The translations under genes were made by a program, and so were the position numbers. Under the pieces are notes generated by a model. That model saw nothing but the letters and a program-made list of their open reading frames with translations. It did not search any database and had not been told where the DNA came from. This document shows, piece by piece, positions 48,684-61,811 of a DNA stretch of 64,000 nt; positions within the stretch are counted from its first letter, which is position 1, and the number at the start of each line of letters is the position of its first letter. The DNA comes from Chromera velia (Eukaryota): NCBI GenBank assembly GCA_018398765.1, contig JAHBMJ010000079.1:1-64000 (forward strand), written 5' to 3'.

Positions 48684-49580
48684 CTCAGCATGCAGAGGTG
48701 CTCAACACATTGCCCTCTTGTCCAAGCTGGCTCACTGGCCAACGTCCAAACAGCTTAAAGACAGCAGGACCGTCTTTCTACAGTGCTGTCTCTTCGTTTT
48801 GTGTCATCTAGAAGTTTCAGGAGCGACCGGATCGACCAAGATATTAACATGGACAAACTGAGATTTGGAAAGGTCAGTCACGAGTGAGGTCATGATCAGC
48901 CGGTGACATCCATACTCTGCCGCTGAAGCGTGCCACTTCACCATTGACATTCAGTCGATGAACACACTTCTGATGATTTTATCTCTTACAGAAGCTTGCT
49001 TTCTTGCGGCTGGCTGCTCGTTTTTTGACATCGACCTCCCAGCAATGGTTCGGTCTCCACACCGTTTCTATCACAAAACACATAACAAGACTGTCTATCT
49101 GTTTTCTTCTTGGAACCCCTGTATACCAAAGTGTCTGTCTTTGTCCTTTTCATGCCTTCACTGGTGCATGCAGAACTGCTTGGTTTAAATTTTTGGATTT
49201 GCCGTCCCGGCATAGAATGACCGGGAAGTTTGATGCACGTGCCCGCTCCTTAGAAGAAAGAGAGGGCTTCCCCAAAGTCCAAAAAGCCAAGCAATGTCTT
49301 ATCATGAATACACGGCACCAATCTGGTGCAGCATTGAAGTCTAAGCTCACCGTTTTGTGGATTGGTTTATTTTCATGGAGATGCATACACATACAGACAA
49401 GCATACAGACTGCTGCACAGACCTTTGACGTATTCTCTTCATTCTGTTTGCTCAGTATCAACCACCACATCCCCCCCGATAGCTCAGCCTACGCTCATTG
49501 CTGTGCGGCCTGCTTTTTGTTTCTTCCTTGCGCTGTAAATCTAAATGGTTTTTTTATGCTTGCAAATCTGCATGGTTCCT
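48684..49580 (-). pseudogene. Repeat family C, copy 2
   Basis: Reverse-complement homology to 33559-34480. Confidence 0.65.
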
Positions 49581-49594
49581 CTCTCCCTTTAATT

Positions 49595-49621
49595 CTCCTC
49601 TCTTCTCTCTTTCTCTTTCTT

Positions 49622-49673
<52 letters not shown>

Positions 49674-49706
49674 CTTTTTCTCTCTCTCTCTCTCTCTCTT
49701 TTTTTT

Positions 49707-49747
<41 letters not shown>

Positions 49748-49773
49748 CTCTCTTTCTCTTTTTTTTTTTTCTT

Positions 49774-49856
<83 letters not shown>

Positions 49857-49953
49857 TTGTGTGCGTCTCTCTCTCTCCCCCCCTCTCTCTCTTCTTTTCC
49901 CTTTCTCCCTTCTTGCCTTTCTCCCCTGTTCTCTCTCTCTCTCCCTCTCACAT

Positions 49954-49988
<35 letters not shown>

Positions 49989-50245
49989 TTGTGTATGTGT
50001 ATGTGTGTGTGTGTGTATGTGTGTGTGTGTGTTTGCGCATGCGTGCGTCTCTCTCTCTCTCTCTCCCTCTCCCTCTCTTCCTTTCCCTTTCTCCCTTCTT
50101 GCCTTTCTCCTCCCTCCCTCCTTCCCTCCCTCCCGTCTTTGGAATGGAAGGACGGTGTTAGTGTTGGGTTGCATTGGTGCACGCATAAGGTTTTTCGCTC
50201 TCTCTCTCTCTCTCTCCCCCCCCTCCCCCTCTCTCTCTCCCTCCC
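49595..50245. repeat. Compound (CT)n/(GT)n microsatellite with internal duplication
   Basis: Direct inspection; block ...ttccctttctcccttcttgcctttctcc occurs twice. Confidence 0.9.
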
Positions 50246-52510
50246 TCGGAGAAAAAGTCGGCCACGCCAACTTTCAGGCGGTCGGGAAACTGCATGTGCA
50301 GCAAAGGGGACACACTTTACAATGAACAGACTTGCACCTCACGGAAATTAAGTGGATTTTGAAGGAACGAGGTCGACAACGATACTGCCGCGGTGTCGGA
50401 GAGAGAAGAAGAAGATTTGATGTGCATTCTTAGGCAGCATTCGATCCAGGGACATCTAGAGAGCTTGCTTTCAAGCATGTTGAAAACGGTTAATTGATTT
50501 GCGTTTCGATCCATACATTTTGAACTGTTCGGGGGTGCCACTTTGCGGTCCGGCTTCTACGCCCAGGCGCCTTTGGCGTCCTCGGGCTCAAGCGTACCCA
50601 TGCCTTCAGCGCGGTCGGGCTTCTATGCCCAGGCGCCTTCGGCGCCCGGGCTTTTGCGCGGCTCACTGATTGACCATAGGAAGCCTTTTTGGGGGTATAC
50701 AGACTACAGTATACTACCGTATACTGGGGCAGCAGTAAAGATGTAGACGAGTGGAAGTACAAGTAAAGGAAAAGTCAGTAGTTGATGGAAGAAGGTTGAG
50801 GTCAAGGTGAAACAAGTAAATAGGTCAAAATGGAAGTCACTCAGTAATTCAAAGTCAAGCCTCAAGTCAAATCTTCAAGTCTCAAGAATCAAAGAATACA
50901 GAATGTCAGATCAAACTGGATGGTTGTTGATTAATCATTTCTTCAATTCAAAGTTGTGGATATTGAATCTGATTTCATGGATTGAATTTTTGAAATAGTT
51001 GTGGATTAGGTCGGCTGTGGCTCTTCAATAGTTGTGGATGAGGTCTGCCCTGACTCCAGAATAGATGTGAATTTTCAATAGATGTGGACAGAAGCGTTCG
51101 ACTCCCTTAGTTTTCCGTCTCTGGCTTCTATCCCCTTTAGATCCCTTTATAATGCATGCATGACGCTTGTGTGTAATTCATTCTAGCTATAATCCTTCTT
51201 AATTAATGCATCTTGTCTTAAGGCTGGCAAAGATGAATTCTTCTTTCATAATCATCATCATTTTAATATTATAGCTAGCTTAGCAACCTTTATTAAGCAT
51301 ATAAGCTGAATACGTAAAGCCAATTAATTCTATACTTGGCCATTAAGCGTCACATATCCCCCTTTCTTACTAAAGATCGAAGCTAGAGATAATGAGGTCT
51401 AGCAAGATCTTAAACGTGCCCTCACATTAATTTTTTTTTTTTTCCTAATACGTGCCCTGCATAGTGGTGTTATTTTGTACAACAGATTGCAATACTGAAT
51501 TCAATCGCCATTTGAAAGTGTGCATACATCACATATTGTGTCATCGCGGCTCTTTCCTTTCGTCACACATCCTTCCTTTCACATAATGAATGGCCGCAAG
51601 AAAGAGAGAGAGAGAGTCAAGATGTTAAAGTTTTCAGTTGGTCTATTATGAAGAACCTCCCGGTTCGTCACACCCTCCCGATTTTCTTTTGAAACCTCCC
51701 GGTTCGTCTGCTTGTGGAACCTCCCAGTTCGTCTGCTTTTGGAACCTCCCGGTTTGTTTCTTTATATGGAAGGAGACCATCATGACTCATGAGTGGTTGA
51801 CTGTAAAGACTCTGGTTTATTGGTCACGGGCGGGCCCTCCCACAAGTCAGTAAGCCATGAAATCCCTTTCAGTCTTTTTTCAGTAGCGCAGTTGATTTGT
51901 GGCGCTGTGTGCATCCCCCGATGCTTGCGGGTCGTTTCCAAATTGGTGTCTTAAGTCTACCGCCAATTTATCTGTCTGGTTGGTTAGTATAAGAAGAGTG
52001 GCCAACTCTTTCATACAACCTGGTTTCGATGCATGCATCTGCAGTTACTGTGCAATGACCCTACCAGATTTGTACCTCCTTGAAGGTCCCATGCTTTCCA
52101 CATAGGTCGGCACCGGACCGATCTGGTTCTGCCCCTGGGCTTCTGCCGTTTGTCTTTCGTTGTAGCGCCCTTTCCAGACAGGTGAGTTCCTAGGGCCTCT
52201 ACAACTCTCCCGAGAGGCTTGGGAAGAAAAGACATGTTCTCAGAACTCTCGGCTTGTTTTGTTACTCGTGACCGTTTATCTGGGTTTTTCCTCAGGCCTC
52301 TGCTGTTTTGTTCCTGGCAGTGCCTTCTTTCCAGACTTGGAGCAGCTGCTGTATTATTTTCTGGCAGCGAATTCTCCTTTCACATGAAGTGTCTGCTGTT
52401 TCATTTCCTGGCAGTGTCTTTTCTTCGGACAAGTAGCACCTGTTGTTTGATTTCCTAGCAGTGGCTTTGTTTTTCTCCTTCTTCGTTTCATTTAATTTAT
52501 CTTGAAATGG

Positions 52511-55500
52511 TTACCTCCTTCTTTTCTTCTCGTGTTCTAAGAATTCTTTCACCAATCTTGGACAGTCCAAATAAGATTCCCTCGTCCATTCAGACTTGTC
52601 GTACCCTACATACTTCACCAGATACTCGGTTCTTCCCACTCTAATCCGTTTTCCTTGGATCTCTTCTACCTCAAAGTCTTCTATGTCTTCGTCAAAGTCT
52701 TCCTATTCTTCTGTAGCTTCCTGCTCTCCTCCTTCAATGTCCTGATCTTTGTCGCCGGTGAATATGAGTCGGTGTTCTTGAATGATGGATTCCGTTTCCT
52801 CCACACTCCTGCTCAAAAATGGTTTGATCCTATCTCTGTTTACTTTCTGCAGCGTTTGGCAGCCTGGCCTCTTGACCACGACGGTTCTGTTGGGCTGCAG
52901 GTCTGTGATGATGTATGGGCCTTCCCAAGCAGGTGCAAGAGCCTTGTTCACTCTCCTTTCTCTTGCTTCTTTCGATACCCACATATAATCTCCCCTCCTG
53001 TATACGATTGGATTGGAAGTCTCTTTCGCTCTCTTTCTCATTCAGTTGACGGCTGCTTCTGCAAAGAGAGCAGATTTATCCGTATCTTCCTTCTTGAACT
53101 TGGCCAGCAATTCAATGTAGTCCTCAGGGATGATGGGGTTGCAGTCTTCTGGTTCAAACTAGGGTTCAAATAAGGCGAGGAAACAAAGGGGTTAATTTGC
53201 TTCTCTCCCATACACCAGACGGAAGGGACAAAATCCTAGAGCTGAATGAGGGGTTGTGTTGTAAACAAACTCTGCAAAGCAAATGTAGAGATCCCAATCC
53301 TTTTGATTCGTAGCCACGTAGGCAGACAGAATTCTCTTGAGGTCTCTGTACATTTGCTCAATCCTTCCATTTGCTTTTGGATTGTATGCTGTCGTGCATG
53401 CCCTGTCAGTTCCCATGAGATGATGGATTGCCTATACTGTTGGTTCAAGCAGAGAAGCCCCTAAGTCGCTGATGAGTTTCACCGGCCTACCATACTTGCA
53501 GATCACTGATTCAATGAGAGCTCGACCTATTGTCTCTGCCTTTTGATTTTTCAATAGAATGAGTTGTGTGTATCTTGTCTTCAGACACATGACGGAGAGA
53601 ATGTATCTGTTTTCCCTAGGCGTTTGAGGCAGAGGTCCAACAACATCAATCGCAAAGTCCTGAGGGATTCCGAATCCTGAAAGTCCTGCACAATAAAATC
53701 TTCTTTCTGCATCCTTGCTTTCTTCTTTTGACACTTTTTGCAGGTCTTTACATGATGATAGAGATCTTTGGTGAGTGACATCCAGTAAAATCGATCAAAG
53801 ACTGTCTGAATAAATTTCTTGATGCCCGTATGTCCAGCCAGAAGGCATTTATGGTGATCAGTCATGATCTACATACGCATTTCTTTTGGCATAGCCAACA
53901 AAAATCTGGTACCGCTTATGTATCGATTTGCAGGAGGTAAAAGTCGAAACAAAATGCCGTCATGCAGAATGTAAAGGGGTGCTTGCACCAGAATTTTTGC
54001 TCATTCTGCATCGCTTATCTCCTTATCGAACTTGTTGTTGTTCAGGAACTGAATCATGCCCTTCAATAATGGATCCTTCCTCTGTGCTGCCCTAATGCTA
54101 TCAGGTTCATAAGGGTCGCACACAATTCTTGGTAGTATGGCTGCCTTCTCACTATCTTCTTCCTTCTTCTTCTTTTTGATGGCACAATGATCTCATCTTC
54201 GGTGAGTTTGTCTGGTCTGTGTGGTGAATAAGTATCTGAGACAAAGGGGGGCTAAGTGAGGGCATCTGCATCTGTGTGTTCCTTTCCTGGGACGTGTTGG
54301 ATGGTATAGTCGTATAGAGATAACTGAAAAGACCATCTCTCCAGCCTAGAGTTTGTCTTCCATTGTTGTAAGTAAATGAGTGATCGGTCGTCGGTGTAGA
54401 TGGTGAACTTCTGTCTAAGGAGGAAGGGTTTGAAATACTGCACTGAGTCTCCCCAGACTGTTGCAAGTCCTTTCTTTTCACCAATATACTATTTCTGCTC
54501 TGTATCTATCATGCGCCTACTTGCACATGAGATCATGTAAGTTTTTTCTTCTTTGTTAGTTTGCAAGAGGATAGCCGAAATAGCCATATCGCTTGCGTCA
54601 GTCTTGAAAATGAAGGGAAGGGAGAAATCGGGGTGAGCCAAGACTGTTTCTGATGAAAGCATTTCTTTTACCTTCCTGAACGCAGTTTTCTGTGGCTCTT
54701 CAAAGTGCTAAGGGGTGTCTTTCCTCAGTAGGTCCATAATGGGGGCACAGATAATTGAAAACCGAGGCAGAAACTTTCGGTAAAAAGAACAGAGTCCCAG
54801 TTATACTTTCACTTCTTTTTTGTTCTTTGGTGCTTATACGTTCTTTATTGCTTCCACTTTGTTGGCAGCTGGCCTGATTCCATTCTTCCTGATTTCGTGC
54901 GCGAGATAAATCAATCTATCTGTGCAGAAATTCGACTTGCCGAACGATAACTTTGTTCCTGCATCCTGGAGTCATTGAAGCACCTTCTCAAGTTCTACCA
55001 GGTGCGTCTCGAAGTCTTTGGAGCTAAGCCTTACAATCACGTCATCAATGTAGCAACTCGTGCTGACTCCAGTTCTACTCAGAATGGTATCTATACACCT
55101 TTGAAAGATAGAAAGAGAATTTGCCATTCCTTGAAGTAGCATGAGGTAGCTTCCTATACTGGAATTAACCATGATCCGGAGAAATAAAAGATAGTTTGTG
55201 TCTATCTGACTTCCTGATCAATACTTGATGAAATCTTTGAGCCAAGTCTAAACTTGTGTGTATTGGTTTTCCTTCCAAGCGATGTAAAATCTTATCTATA
55301 TTGGGAAAGGGGTAATGGTCCCTAACCATCTTCAAATTTACTCCGCACAGGTCACAATAAACACAAATTCTACCATGATCCTTCTTCTGAACGAGTATGA
55401 GGGGTACTTCCCATAGTGAGGCGCACGGTTCGATGATTTTCGCTTATAGGAGGTCGTCTATCGCTTTCTTCACTTCTCTTTTGAGTGCATGTAGTACTTG

Positions 55501-56520
55501 TCTTGGTCGCACAAATACAGGTTCTGCCTCGCCTGTGTCAATAGTTGCTTCCACTCTTCTGAATGTCCCTACGTCTGTCTTTGTTGGTACAAGAGCCGTG
55601 AACTTGAGAAACACCTTCCTCAGTTTGCCTTTCTCCTCCTCGGTTAGGTGATTACTTCTTTCAATCACCTTTTCGATTTCTGCTGTGGCTTTTCTTTTCT
55701 TTTCCTCTATGTTTTCTGCCTTTTCCTGTTCAGTCCCTTCCTCTTCTCTATTCTTTCTGTCTACATTTATATTCAATGAAGACACCCAACTGCTCGTTTG
55801 TCTCTCTGGTATTTCTCCTTCATTATCTGCAGCGTTTTTGCACAGATTGACAGACGCCACTAGAAGGTGAGGAGCAATCGAACATGCACATTGAGAAGAG
55901 TTGACAGCAATTATACACACGCATACACATCTTTTGATCCTTCACTTCACAGACAGTGTTCTCTAGAAGTACACCGGCAGAGAGGAGTCTTCGGTGCGGT
56001 TGAACGTGAACAGTTACTCCATTCAGAAAGTGCGAATTAGAGGGTAAAGGGATATAGAGTTGTACAAAATGTTCGAGAGGCAAGACAGTTTTAGTGGCGG
56101 TAATCAATGGAACGGGCTGGTGTCTCTGAGTCTTCTCTAAATTGACTATTGGTTGAAAAGGCACCGCCATTTCTTCTTTCTTTTTTTGAAACGTCATGTA
56201 CATGATCTCGGGCTAAAAAGATAGGCGACTGGTATATTTGCTCATCCAGTCTATACCTAAAATGCACTGATGTTACAGTTTTCTTACAATGAAAAATCTA
56301 TGTTTCCTCCTTTCATCCAACTCCGTCTGCAGATATACTTCTCCTAATTGCTGTACGCGACCCCCTTCTCCTCTGATTTCCGTTAGAGAATCATCAAAGA
56401 CGTTCAGATGAGGTTGTTCCTTCTTCAGTGCCTCCCACACTTTCTCATCATTTCTCATCTATCAGACTGACATCACTTCCGGTGTCTACCAGTGCTGCCA
56501 CCACAGAGTTTTGTCCTAAT
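52511..56520 (-). pseudogene. pol: Gypsy pol (protease, RT, RNase H, integrase, chromodomain), disrupted
   Basis: AALVDTGSDVSLI (PR); SCYIDDVIV (RT); KTDASDMAISAILLQ and FTIYTD (RH); HKCLLAGHTG...CKKC, FAIDVVGPLP, ISDLG, NGRIEQ (IN); FEVEEIQGKRIRVGRTEYLVKYVGYDKSEWTRESYLDCPRLVKEF (chromodomain). Many stops and frameshifts. Confidence 0.92.
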
Positions 56521-56804
56521 TTCAACAAAGTACCGACTCTTTGAGGTTAAATTTTGGGGCCAGATGTGTATGTGAAATCTTTACTTTTCTTCTTTTCTCC
56601 TTTTCTTGTCGCTCCTTGATGTGTCTATCTGATGTAGTACTCTTCTTATCATTCCGTTTGGAGGCATGAAGATTGTCAGACTTGTCCGAATCAAGGGCTG
56701 ATTTGCTGGTCTGCTGTAGCCCTTCTTCAGCAGACCCTTCCGTGTTTTTGACGTTGATCAAAATTTCTATTGTTGCCCCTTCTCTCCTCTCTCCAATCCT
56801 ATCT

Positions 56805-58589
56805 CTATGGTTGCAGTGGCCCACTCCGAGTGCCTATGGTCGTTCGGTTTGCCCCAGTTGATGGGTCTTCTCGTCTGAGATGGATCCAGTGCGGTGGTCC
56901 AGTCCTTCTCCTTGGGTCTTGATCCCTCCATCTGCTTAGAGTTGGATGTCCATTTTCTCGTGATCCCTCGGGTAGTCGCCTATCTGCCAAAACACTAGGC
57001 CGATACGCGTTCTGCTCCTTGAACGTTGGTCGTGGCCGAAAAGTGGGTTGATGGTCTGCTAGTCCTTTTCTACAGTCTTTCTTTAGTCTGTAACAGGTAG
57101 CAGCAATGTGTTCTTCTTTCTTACAATAGCGACACTCGATAGTAGGTGGAAGTTTATATCCCTTTGGCTCGATTGCATGATTGGTGGTGCCCGTGCATCT
57201 TCGACAGTTCAGTTGGTTTGCTACGGCTTCTGTTACAGCTGCCAAATGTAGATCCCCCTGGAGTTCACTCTCCTCTTTTCATGTTTCTTGCTCAAATCCT
57301 TCCTCTCTCTCATGTTGCTGAAGAGCCGAAATATTCGTCTTACTCCACGTCAGTTTAGGTTCACAAGCGGCAAATTTGAGCACATCCTTAATCAACGCTT
57401 CAAATGATTTAAAATTCTTTTTAGCCAGAGTCAGATCTCTCTTTGTTTGGTTAAATTGGTCGGGGAGCCCCTTGATGAAGTATTTGTATGTATTTTGATC
57501 GTCTACATCCTTTTCGGCTTCTCTGCAAAATTTTTTAAATCGATCCCCATAGGCCTGAATGGTCTCTGTGTTTCTTTGGGAGATGGAGTGCAGGTTTTCT
57601 TCGGCTGTCTCTTGGTCCGTCTCTGTCGGTCCGAACTTTTGAAGGAAAATCTTCTTTAATTCGTCAATGCTGACCACTTTGTCTAAGCAATCTGTAGAGA
57701 GACGTTCATACCATTCCTTAGCTTGTCCCTTTAGAGTAGAAGGGAAGTAGACATCTCTGAATTCTTCAAAGTTCCAACCAAGCCTAACCATGAATTTTAC
57801 CAGTCTACTCCAGAACTGTTGCGCTTGCGTACAGTCTCCCAAAAAAGATGGGGGCTCCACTTTGATGTGAGGTGTTCCGACTGCACAAAGTGGTGCAGGA
57901 GCAATGGATTATCTTCTTTCATCTCCCTTTCTTTCATTTGTTCGTCTCTTCTTTCTTGTAGGTTGCCAAAAGTTTTGCAGCGCTTCGCGGTCATGTCCAG
58001 ATGTTGGCTGCAAGGAGGAGAGAAACAGTTACTCTGTTCATCTCTTTGCTTTTCCGGATCTTCAAAATTTTAGCAGCGCTTCGCGGTCAAGTCGGATGTG
58101 GTAAGAGCAGTCAAGAATTCAGATAAAGGTCGTAAAGTTTGAGTTCCTTCTTCACCTTCCTGTGTGTGTTGAATTTCTCCTTCTTTTTCTTGATGACGTT
58201 GAAATTCTGCTTTTTCTTCTCATAGGCATTGAAGTTCTTCAATCTTTGTCTCGTAAGAGCTGGAGTTCTCCTTCTACTTCTGATAAGCATTGAAGCTCTC
58301 CTTCTTTTTCTCGTAGGCGTTGGAGTTCTCCTTCTATTTTTCGTAGGCGTTGGAGTTCTCCCTCTACTTCTCGTAGGCGTTGGAGTTCTCTTTCTACTTC
58401 TCGTAGGCGTTGGAGTTCTCCCTTTACTTCTCGTAGGCATTGAAGCTCTCCCTCCTTTTCTCGCAGGCGTTGAAGCTCTCTCTCCTTTTCTCGTAGGCGT
58501 TGGAGTTCTCCTTTTTCTTCTTCTTTCTCCTTGACCCTCTGCTCCGGATGATCGATAAAGAAATTTTTATCCTCGGCAGTGAATGACAA
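56805..58589 (-). pseudogene. gag: Gypsy gag with coiled-coil repeat and CCHC knuckle, disrupted
   Basis: PPSFLGD...LKGQAKEWY...LKKIFLQKF...ISQRNTETIQAYGDRF...FIKGLP; CRYCKKEEHIAATC; 30-nt tandem repeats ~58250-58512 encoding ELQRLREVEG. Confidence 0.88.
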
Positions 58590-61500
58590 CTCAGACTCGT
58601 ATAATTGTCTTTATGAGGGTGGTTGGGTTTGTGCCTTAGGTGTCGCCTTTCTCTTCAAGGCTGTTATACACCTTCGGTTCTCCTCCTTTTCATTTCCCTG
58701 CAGCCTGTTTCCCTATAGTCTTTCTGTTTGTTGGCTACCGTCTTTTTGGAAGAGCTTTCTGTTGTGGAGCTGTTACCTTCTTGGCTTGTGGCCCCAAGAC
58801 CTTTCTTCTCTTCGTCTGCCTTTCTTCCTGTTCCTGTTGTTCCGGTTGTATCATCAATTGGTTCTCCCTCACTTGGTTCCTCATAATCATCATCATGTTT
58901 CCAAAACTCATTGTGTTCTGTCCACTCTTCTTCCTGCTCTAAGTCTCCCTAAGTTTCAGGTACGCAAGCCCACTGGCAGTTGGGTAGTGAGTGAAGGTGC
59001 TGCTGAGCGAGACGGATCTGGGTGGTGGTGTCTAAGTTAAGGGCCCGTAACTTTTTTAACGCAAAGAACGGACTATTGCAGTGAGAAATCCCCAGTGCTG
59101 GTCTAACACAAAGGACGGACGGCCTTCCAGACTCTTTCAGAGGTAAGTTCTATCCTAAAGTATCCCTTCTACTCTGAAGGAAATGTTGTGGACAGGTAAC
59201 TTATGGATGAGTCTGTCGGTCCCTTACTGAAACCTCTGACTTCCACTTTTTTCTTCTCCGAAAGTCTTAGTCTGACTCCAGATCAGAAGGTTGCTTGCTG
59301 TTTGCTCTGTCAGCTCCTTGTCTCGAGCTGAGGCGTTGCTACGTGTTGTGCCTTATTGGAGCAGCAGTAAAGATGTGGACGAGTGGAAGTACAAGCAAAA
59401 AAAAAATCAGTAGTTGACGGAAAAAGGTTCAGGTCAAGGTAAAGCAAGTAAGTAGGTCAAAATGGAAGTCGCTCAGTAATTCAAAGTCAAATCTTAAGTC
59501 AAATCTTCAAGTCTCAAGAATCAAGGAATACAGAATGTTAGATCAAACTGGATGATTGTTGATTAATGATTTCTTCAATTTAAAATTATGGATGTTGAAT
59601 CTGATTTCATAGATTCCGAAATAGTTGTGGATTAGGTCGGCTGTGGCTCTTCAATAGTTGTGGATGAGGTCTGCCCTGACTCCAGAATAGATGTAAATTT
59701 TCAATAGATGTGGACAGAAGCGTTCGACTCCCTTAGTTTTCCGTCTCTGGCTTCTATCCCCTTTAGATCCCTTTATAATGCATGCATGACGCTTGTGTAT
59801 AATTCATTCTAGCTATAATCCTTCTTAATTAATGCATCTTATCTTAAGGCTGGCAAAGATGAATTCTTCTTTCATAATGATCATCATTTTAATATTATAG
59901 CTAGTTTAGCAACCTTTATTAGGCATATAAGCTGAATACGTAAAACCAATTAATTCTATACTTGGGCATTAAGCGTCATAAACATACGTTGAGGCAGTGG
60001 CTAGCATCATCGGAAATGGAGAGCAGAAGGGCATGACCCAAAGTCTCACACGAATAAGTTTGATAAGTCTGCTTTAAAAAAATGGATCAAATAAACCAGG
60101 TCTGGTACCATGTTGTGTGCCAGAATGATGATACTAAACAGATATAGAGACAGTATAGAGGTGCACCCGGGGCTTGGCCGTCATTCAGAGTCCAAGAACT
60201 GTTAAATAGAGGAATAGAACGAAAGCTAGACAAAAGACGTCACTTTGGTCGATTGATCGAATGCATTGGATAAAGTGGATGAACGTGATAGGTCGACGAC
60301 GGATAAGCTAAATGCCCGGCGTGGCCCCGGATATGAATTTTGGCCTGGCAAAGCGAAAATGTAGACTGCGTGCGTATTTCACATCCACAGCAGCATATAA
60401 CAGAGCTGTAATTTAATTTAAAGAAGCTGTCTAAGCCCATATTAGATGTCTAGCGTTGGGTGGGTTAAAACATGCACGGCAGATTGTTAACTTAACTTGG
60501 TAACCAGTTCTAGAACTAGCTCAACTTCTATAACTATTTTTAAACATTTCCACTTCTAGCAGGAATTCCACCACAATTAAGATGTGCTTGTGTATGAACA
60601 ACGCTGCCTAGCTAGAATGTTACTTTATATAATGTGAACTGCGGCTCGATCGGACTGCTAGCATGACTCGGATCATATACATACACTAGCAACTTCATAA
60701 TGTCATGCAACTTAAATATATATATAAATATATATTTTAAAAGAAAGATTATAAACTATAGAGACATTGATTGTCCCAAACTCACTTAGAAACTCACAAA
60801 CTTATACAATTAAAACTAGAAATTCTATAGCAAATTCCTATATATATAGTACTAAACGATGTATTGCCATCGATTCAATTTACCCCAGTGGGGCCTAAGT
60901 CGAAAGTTTAACTCTATGTATGACGCTCTAGGTTGGCCAGAGTCTATACGGCTCACCGGCTTTAACCTCATACATCATCATCATCATCATCATTAGTCTG
61001 TAATTATTGTTGTAATACTACTGTATAGTAGCATTAAGGGTCAAAATAATTCAAAAATAATTAAATCACAATTGCAACTACAGCTTTGCAACAAACAAGA
61101 CAATGAGAATACATAAAGAAATTAAATATTAAAAAAAAAAATGTAAAAAAAAATGTGTGGTCTCATTGGTCACTATTGCTCATGGTAGGTCGATCTCTTT
61201 CTCTACATGACTATGTTAGAACAATAAAAGTTAAATAAAGAATAAAAATGTACGTATAAATTTCATTTAAAAATTATTTAACAACGTCTAGAACAACGTT
61301 AGCTTCAGTAAGACGTAAGCTTAGTACCAAGCAGACTGAAAAAAAGCTACTAAGCTAAGCATAAAAATATAAACAAGAATGTAGGTAACACTGTAACAGT
61401 CTACTAACAAATGCGTGTTATGCAGTGTAACACATAACATCATGACATCAGTTGAAGATCAGGGTATTGCCGCCATACCGCAGGGTACTGCCGTCGCGCC

Positions 61501-61811
61501 GCGCCACGCTTTGGGCCGGACTGGGGCCTCTTATGCACATCTTGTGCGCGGGACAATTATTCGCCGCGGGTCAAAAAATCGTGCGGGATGATCCATGCAT
61601 ATGCGTATTTCGAGCGATTCATTTTCCAGGTGATTGAGTTTTCACAGGATTCATTTGATTGATCTGTTCTGTATGATTAACTGAGGACTGACACTTCTTC
61701 TGATCATGATCTCTGTCTATTACTGAGCTACTTAGTTTATTCTGCGGTTAACAGTAAGCTCTCATCCAAGCTTCAATCATTCCTTCCCCTTCACTTCCTG
61801 GATATGTAGAG

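Larger units (their letters stand above)
44338..50721. mobile_element. 6.4-kb DNA element G inserted into the Gypsy 3' LTR
   Basis: 8-bp TSD tactgggg (44330-44337, 50722-50729); the intact 5' LTR shows the empty site (gtgccttattggagcagc). Imperfect inverted repeats tacccctaagaagcttttctat / ataggaagcctttttgggggta. GCC(GAAG/TTCG/TTTG)GC hairpins near both ends. Confidence 0.75.
44320..59980 (-). mobile_element. Degenerate Ty3/Gypsy LTR retrotransposon with chromodomain integrase
   Basis: 5' LTR ~59344-59980. 3' LTR 50722-51354 plus its displaced end 44320-44337. Minus-strand LTR ends TGTGAC...ACAACA. PPT aagaaagggggata (minus strand, ~51355-51368). Possible 4-bp TSD aacg/aaca. Domain order gag-PR-RT-RH-IN-chromo. 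Confidence 0.92.

Noticed and set aside
49004..50351. 385-aa and other ORFs
   Set aside because: Mostly dinucleotide repeats plus the antisense of repeat C
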